Source: Candidatus Dojkabacteria bacterium
GTDB lineage: Bacteria > Patescibacteriota > Dojkabacteria > B142 > OLB20
Length of the DNA stretch: 64,000 nucleotides
Reading direction: 5' to 3'
Assembly: GCA_030583785.1 (NCBI GenBank)
Contig: CP129475.1
Location: 543,559 to 607,558, forward strand
Part shown: piece by piece, positions 59,593 to 64,000 of the stretch
Layout: every line of letters starts with the position of its first letter
How positions within the stretch are numbered: the stretch's first letter is position 1
Notes under the pieces: model-generated
Databases searched by the model: none
What the model was told of the DNA's origin: nothing
Seen by the model: the letters and a program-made list of their open reading frames with translations, nothing else
Program-made: the position numbers and the translations under genes

Positions 59593-60312
59593 TTAGTACA
59601 TTAAAATTCCGGAGACGACAACCCCTGCAGTTTCTGTACGCATGATTGGAAGATCTAAATGGATTGGCACATATCCTGTAGCAACAGCCTTGCCGATTTC
59701 GGTTTGACTAAACCCTCCTTCTGGTCCAACCATGGCAATTACCCTATCTTGATTCTGTATTGATTCTTTGAACTTTGCAATGTCCACAGATCCTTCGTGC
59801 TCTCTTGAAACAAGCACTGCTTTATGATCTGCTTTGGTATTTAGTACCTTTACTATGTCGTCAGCAATTGCTAGTTCGGGAACATAAAGCCTTTCACTTT
59901 GCCTTGAGGCTTCTTGCAGAATTTTATTTTTTCTGACTATTTTATCGGGGTGATTATCTGGTTTTCCTTGGCTTCGTTCTGCCTCAAAAACAATAAATGC
60001 CGAAACTCCAACTTCTGTATTCATGCGCAAAATATCGTCGATCTTGCCAGCTTTTGGTCTTGCTTGCGCAAGTATTAATGTTGGTGAATTGGGTCTGTCA
60101 AAAAATGTTGATGCAGAGATTGAAAACTCCACTTCTCTCTTTGTAGCTTTGGTGACTTGTGCGTTAAAGAGATTGCCTAATCCATCAAAGAGTTCGATAT
60201 TTTCACCAACCCTAATTCTTAATACAGAGCCTAAGTAATAAACAGTTTGAGGATCAGATATTATTCCTGAGTTGTCGTTTAGTTCGTCTGGCGAAACATA
60301 TATTCTATGCAT
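59593..60312 (-). CDS. rsmE: 16S rRNA (uracil1498-N3)-methyltransferase RsmE
   Basis: MHRIYV...VLRIRVGENIELFDGLGNLFNAQV N-terminal PUA-like region. GPEGGFSQTEI and IMRTETAG SPOUT motifs. Confidence 0.75.
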   Translation of the reverse strand: MHRIYVSPDELNDNSGIISDPQTVYYLGSVLRIRVGENIELFDGLGNLFNAQVTKATKREVEFSISASTFFDRPNSPTLILAQARPKAGKIDDILRMNTEVGVSAFIVFEAERSQGKPDNHPDKIVRKNKILQEASRQSERLYVPELAIADDIVKVLNTKADHKAVLVSREHEGSVDIAKFKESIQNQDRVIAMVGPEGGFSQTEIGKAVATGYVPIHLDLPIMRTETAGVVVSGILMY

Positions 60313-60317
60313 CTAGT

Positions 60318-60725
60318 TTATTTGATCATTGAAGCAAATAGACCTCCGGATATTATCAACCAAAAAGCCGGATAGAGCGCATCAATAAATAGAAGCTTCC
60401 AGGATTTTTTAGAGAATAAAAATTGGGTCATCATTGCAAAAAAGACAGGAATGGAAAGCAGGAAGCCAATAAATAATCCCTGTCCAAAATCTTTAGCTTG
60501 TAAAAAGATTACAAAGTTTGCCAAAACAAGCGCACTAAGAATAGAGCCGATAAAAACTAAGGCCAATGTTGAAGGCTTTAGCTCAAGTTCTGAGCTTGAG
60601 AACTTAAGTTCTTTCATCCAAGCTTTTCCGAAAAGTCCTTCTGAGTACCAAATAAAACCTAGTACCTGCGCAATTATTGCCGAGCCTAGAATTAATAACC
60701 AGTTAACTTCTAGCGTGAACTCCAT
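60318..60725 (-). CDS. DUF1761-like small membrane protein
   Basis: N-terminus INWLLILGSAIIAQVLGFIWYSEGLFGKAW resembles the DUF1761 family opening. 4 TM helices. Confidence 0.4.
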   Translation of the reverse strand: MEFTLEVNWLLILGSAIIAQVLGFIWYSEGLFGKAWMKELKFSSSELELKPSTLALVFIGSILSALVLANFVIFLQAKDFGQGLFIGFLLSIPVFFAMMTQFLFSKKSWKLLFIDALYPAFWLIISGGLFASMIK

Positions 60726-60755
60726 AGGTAGGTATTAAAAAATAAATTTTACGGA

Positions 60756-61163
60756 CTATTGTTCGATAAAATCGGCAATAGTTGTAGCTTCCATTTTATC
60801 CGAAATATAGTCACGAATCTCTTTAAAAACAGAAGTTAGTTTCTTTTCTTTTTCGATTGGGCTATTTGAGAAGAAGAACTGTGATACTGATTCAATAGGT
60901 GCAAGGGCACCATCCATAAGTCGAATAATTTCTGCCAGAGTGATTTTTTCTGCGGGCTTAGCAAGTTCATGGCCTCCGCTGTAACCCCTTTTCGATCTTA
61001 AGTATCCAGCTCTACTTAAGGCAACCAAGATTTGTTCCAGATACTTTTTCGATAGGTCATATTGATCAGAAATTTCTTGCGACCTTACGGGTCCGTCTTT
61101 CTGTTCTCTGGCAATTTTAATTAGGGACAGAAGCGCATACTCGCTCTTTGTCGTTAGACGCAT
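60756..61163 (-). CDS. Rrf2-family transcriptional regulator
   Basis: MRLTTKSEYALLSLIKIA...VRSQEISDQYDLSKKYLEQILVALSRAGYLRSKRGYSGGHELAKP, an Rrf2 wHTH. No Cys triad is visible, so it is likely not an Fe-S-binding member. Confidence 0.7.
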   Translation of the reverse strand: MRLTTKSEYALLSLIKIAREQKDGPVRSQEISDQYDLSKKYLEQILVALSRAGYLRSKRGYSGGHELAKPAEKITLAEIIRLMDGALAPIESVSQFFFSNSPIEKEKKLTSVFKEIRDYISDKMEATTIADFIEQ

Positions 61164-61174
61164 GAAAGTATTAA

Positions 61175-62425
61175 CTAATGTAAATGTGCATGTGCGTGCC
61201 CAGCGTCTTTACCTACACCCGACTTGGAAAAGATCCATGCGGCAAGCACTGTTGTAATTGGTACTGCAAGCACCAAGGCGCTACTTCCAACTAAGGTTCT
61301 AATCACTTCTTCGATAATGAACTCACTATTAAAGGTTAACCAAAGCGGAACGCCGTTATTTAGGGAGAAAAGCAGTAGTATCGGGAAAGATGAGCCAATA
61401 TAGGCAAGAACCAGAGTATTGACTAGAGACACAATATGTTCTCTACCGATAGATATTCCGCTTTCGTAAAGTTTCTTGAAGTTCATTTTGGGATTGGCGC
61501 GCTTGAGTTCTTCGATTGCAGCAGACTGAGCTGTGGTTACATCATCAAGAACTCCAAGCGCGCCAAAGATTATTCCCCCAAGCAACAGGCCTTTTAGATT
61601 TATCCCATTTGAACTACTAATGGTTAGAAGAATAGCCTCTTCGGATCCTGTACCAAAAAGTCTTGCCACATCAACAAATAATACTGCCAAGAAAGCAGCG
61701 ATACCTATAGAGATTAATGTTCCCGCAAGAGCAACAGTGATCCTTTTATTTACTCCATGAGCAAGATACATAGAAACTGAGGCTATCATAAGCGCACCTA
61801 TCAGGCTAATGGTCATTGGATCATCTCCAAGCACAATAGAAGGCACAACATAGGTAATAAGCACATATATTGTGAATCCAAGACCGATAATAGAAGTTAT
61901 CCCTTTCCAACCTGCAAAAACTACAGTCAGTCCAAAGAAGACTACAAAAAGGAGCATTATCGAGGGGAATCGATATTTATCAGAGATGAAATAAAGTTGT
62001 TCCTCTCCTTCGCCTGTTGAGGTAATGACAAGTTCTTCACCTACAAAAACAGTTTGTGCCTGTTCTGAACCAAATTGAATATCATTGCGGATCTCAATGG
62101 TGTCTCCCTTTCTGTCTCCGCTGTTGACCTTAACCTTAATTTCTTGAAATGGATACCTTGTTCCTCCAACCTCTATACTCCCTTCGTTCGTAATTTCTGT
62201 TACGACTGCGGTTTCAAATTTACTACCGGTTGAATCGGCAATCTCTGTTCGCATTCCCGATTCTTTTTCACGACGGGCAATATCTGCCTGAGAGAAAGCC
62301 AAGAAACTGAAAACAGCAACAAACAGGATTGCTATCACGGCCATTGGGTGTTTTAGTTTTGAGATAAGCACAGACTCGAGCGTAATAATGCTTTCTTCCT
62401 GTTTTATCTCCTTTTCTTCTGCCAT
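61175..62425 (-). CDS. YibE/F-family membrane protein with His-rich C-terminal tail
   Basis: Single N-terminal TM helix, then a soluble domain, then a ~7-TM C-terminal domain typical of YibE/F. Ends with GHAHAHLH. Start moved to the Met of MAEEKEIKQ (62425); the ORF track gives 62500. Confidence 0.55.
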   Translation of the reverse strand: MAEEKEIKQEESIITLESVLISKLKHPMAVIAILFVAVFSFLAFSQADIARREKESGMRTEIADSTGSKFETAVVTEITNEGSIEVGGTRYPFQEIKVKVNSGDRKGDTIEIRNDIQFGSEQAQTVFVGEELVITSTGEGEEQLYFISDKYRFPSIMLLFVVFFGLTVVFAGWKGITSIIGLGFTIYVLITYVVPSIVLGDDPMTISLIGALMIASVSMYLAHGVNKRITVALAGTLISIGIAAFLAVLFVDVARLFGTGSEEAILLTISSSNGINLKGLLLGGIIFGALGVLDDVTTAQSAAIEELKRANPKMNFKKLYESGISIGREHIVSLVNTLVLAYIGSSFPILLLFSLNNGVPLWLTFNSEFIIEEVIRTLVGSSALVLAVPITTVLAAWIFSKSGVGKDAGHAHAHLH

Positions 62426-62472
62426 AAAGCAATGATAACAGAAACATGCTACTTTGTTACACCCTAGATTAA

Positions 62473-63165
62473 ATGTATAATCTGAACATGAAACCAGCAA
62501 TCGAATTCCATAAGGTTAATATCAGCAGGAACCAGCAAAGAATTCTTTCCGGTGTTAATTTTCAAATTGATACAGGACATTTTGTATACATTATTGGTAC
62601 AAACGGCTCTGGGAAAAGCACGCTTATTCACGCTTTATTAGGACTTACAGAAATCGAATCCGGTGACATTAGAATCTTCGGAAAACTAAATACTCAAGAT
62701 AATGTTGCAGCTCATATAGGTTATGTACCTCAATACTCCGGCATAGATAGAAACTTTCCGATATCCGTAACAGAAATGATTGATCTAACCTGCACCAAGG
62801 GTTCGGGCTGTCCAACTGATGCTAAGGGCCACCTAGAATTCTTTAATGCCGGACACTTGGCAGACAGGCCAATCAGAAACCTCTCCGGAGGAGAATTTCA
62901 AAAAGTGCTGATAGCCAGAGCCTTAGTAAACAATCCAGACATTGTTATACTTGATGAACCCGTCAATAATCTAGATCAGCAAAGTCAAAAGAACTTGCTA
63001 CATAAACTGAAAGAGCTTTCACAAAAGCAAAATAAAACAATAATCATCATATCGCATGACCATCACTTGATCGAAGGCGAAGACTACATTCTCAGTATAT
63101 GTGAAGGCTCGGTTAAACCGTTAAACGGATCTATAGTCGAAAAAACAAATCATAAACATGAATGA
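62473..63165 (+). CDS. ABC transporter ATP-binding protein (metal/Zn-Mn uptake type)
   Basis: Walker A GTNGSGKST. Signature LSGGEFQKVLIARAL. Walker B ILDEP. Small size and pairing with an ABC-3 permease. Confidence 0.8.
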   Translation: MYNLNMKPAIEFHKVNISRNQQRILSGVNFQIDTGHFVYIIGTNGSGKSTLIHALLGLTEIESGDIRIFGKLNTQDNVAAHIGYVPQYSGIDRNFPISVTEMIDLTCTKGSGCPTDAKGHLEFFNAGHLADRPIRNLSGGEFQKVLIARALVNNPDIVILDEPVNNLDQQSQKNLLHKLKELSQKQNKTIIIISHDHHLIEGEDYILSICEGSVKPLNGSIVEKTNHKHE

Positions 63166-63973
63166 ACTACTTGAAGTAATACAGCTACCTTTTATGCAAA
63201 GAGCAATTATAGGCGGAATCATCGTCTCTATTCTCTGCGCAATTGTTGGTGTATTTGTTACACTTCGGAAAGAATCATTCCTTGCAGATGCCGTATCTCA
63301 TGCATCTTTAGCAGGAGTAGCTTTAGCTTTCTTAGTTGCCGGTCAACCAACTGTATTTGCCTTAATCACCGGAATAATCATGTCTACAGGAATAGTTTTT
63401 CTAAAGAAAAGGACTACCGTATCGAGCGATGCACTAATTGGAATTGTTTACTCCTTCTTGTTTGCCCTAGGTATAATTATTATAAGCGCCGTTCCCGGAT
63501 ACAAACCTGAACTGACAACTTATCTGTTCGGCTCGCTATTATCTGTCGGCAAAGATGACATTACACTGTCACTAATAGTATTTGTAATAGCAATCTCGAT
63601 CTTCTCGATCTTCTATAGGCAATTTCTTTTTCTAACCTTTGACTCCGAATCTGCTTATCTGCATGGAATACGAACCAGTAAACTTGAATACCTGCTTGCG
63701 ATTTTAACCAGTATAACAATAATTATTTCTATCAAAATTGTTGGAATTATTTTGGTAACTGCAATGTTGCTCATTCCGGCAACTTCCGCACGAATGCTTT
63801 CTAAGTCTTTTAAAACTATGATTCCATTTTCAATTGTACAAAGTGTTTGCTCAGTTATAGTCGGAATTGCATTTGCCTTCTTCTTTAACCTTCCAATCGG
63901 AGCAACAATTGTTGTAGTCTCTGGATTAATAATTGCCTTAATCTTCTTGGCAAAGATGCTTACTACAAGATAG
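63158..63973 (+). CDS. ABC-3 family metal ABC transporter permease (ZnuB/MntB-like)
   Basis: MNELLEVIQLPFMQRAIIGGIIVSILCAIVGVFVTLRKESFLADAVSHASLAGVA matches the ABC-3 permease N-terminus. 8 TM helices. Overlaps the upstream ATPase gene by 8 nt. Confidence 0.8.
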   Translation: MNELLEVIQLPFMQRAIIGGIIVSILCAIVGVFVTLRKESFLADAVSHASLAGVALAFLVAGQPTVFALITGIIMSTGIVFLKKRTTVSSDALIGIVYSFLFALGIIIISAVPGYKPELTTYLFGSLLSVGKDDITLSLIVFVIAISIFSIFYRQFLFLTFDSESAYLHGIRTSKLEYLLAILTSITIIISIKIVGIILVTAMLLIPATSARMLSKSFKTMIPFSIVQSVCSVIVGIAFAFFFNLPIGATIVVVSGLIIALIFLAKMLTTR

Positions 63974-64000
63974 ACATTTGTAACAATTCTCCTATATCTA

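Overview
Across its 64 kb this window is densely packed with genes from a low-GC bacterium. Their content resembles a reduced, fermentative, possibly episymbiotic lineage such as Patescibacteria/CPR, but that placement is inference, not established. I could make no numerical GC or similarity measurements, so all GC and homology statements are judged by eye.

Recognisable housekeeping genes include smpB, an sbcD/sbcC-like pair, two paralogous sensor histidine kinases, a trans-polyprenyl diphosphate synthase, groES-groEL, an ftsA-like gene, rplY, yidC with a frameshifted khpB (jag), nrnA, xfp-ackA, rsmE, an Rrf2 regulator and a metal ABC importer.

Accessory content of interest:
- (i) The strongest candidate for a new system is an operon of six tandem, highly diversified VirB2/TrbC-like pilin-fold genes. 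Each is fused to a different Cys-rich ectodomain, and the array follows a membrane-anchored Clp/Hsp100 double-AAA+ ATPase.
- (ii) An AT-rich island encodes an alpha/alpha-toroid, class-II-terpene-cyclase-like protein with a DxDTTA motif next to the polyprenyl synthase. It also carries a diverged, second, soluble HK paralog.
- (iii) A large cell-surface glycosylation locus contains two paralogous GT-C-like membrane proteins, GT2, GT4 and GT2 genes, a Wzx flippase, a Pro/Thr-repeat lipoprotein and a 932-aa DUF11/LTD surface protein with four internal repeats.
- (iv) An SbcC-like ATPase whose coiled-coil apex carries a hydrophobic hairpin instead of a zinc hook, resembling the B. subtilis YhaN/YhaO pair.
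- (v) A stand-alone Lon AAA+ module that lacks both the LonN and protease domains.
- (vi) A degenerate PP2C-like, TM and NHL-propeller protein.
- (vii) A SLOG/deoxyribosyltransferase-like domain fused to an RHH domain.

I saw no CRISPR arrays, rRNA or tRNA genes.
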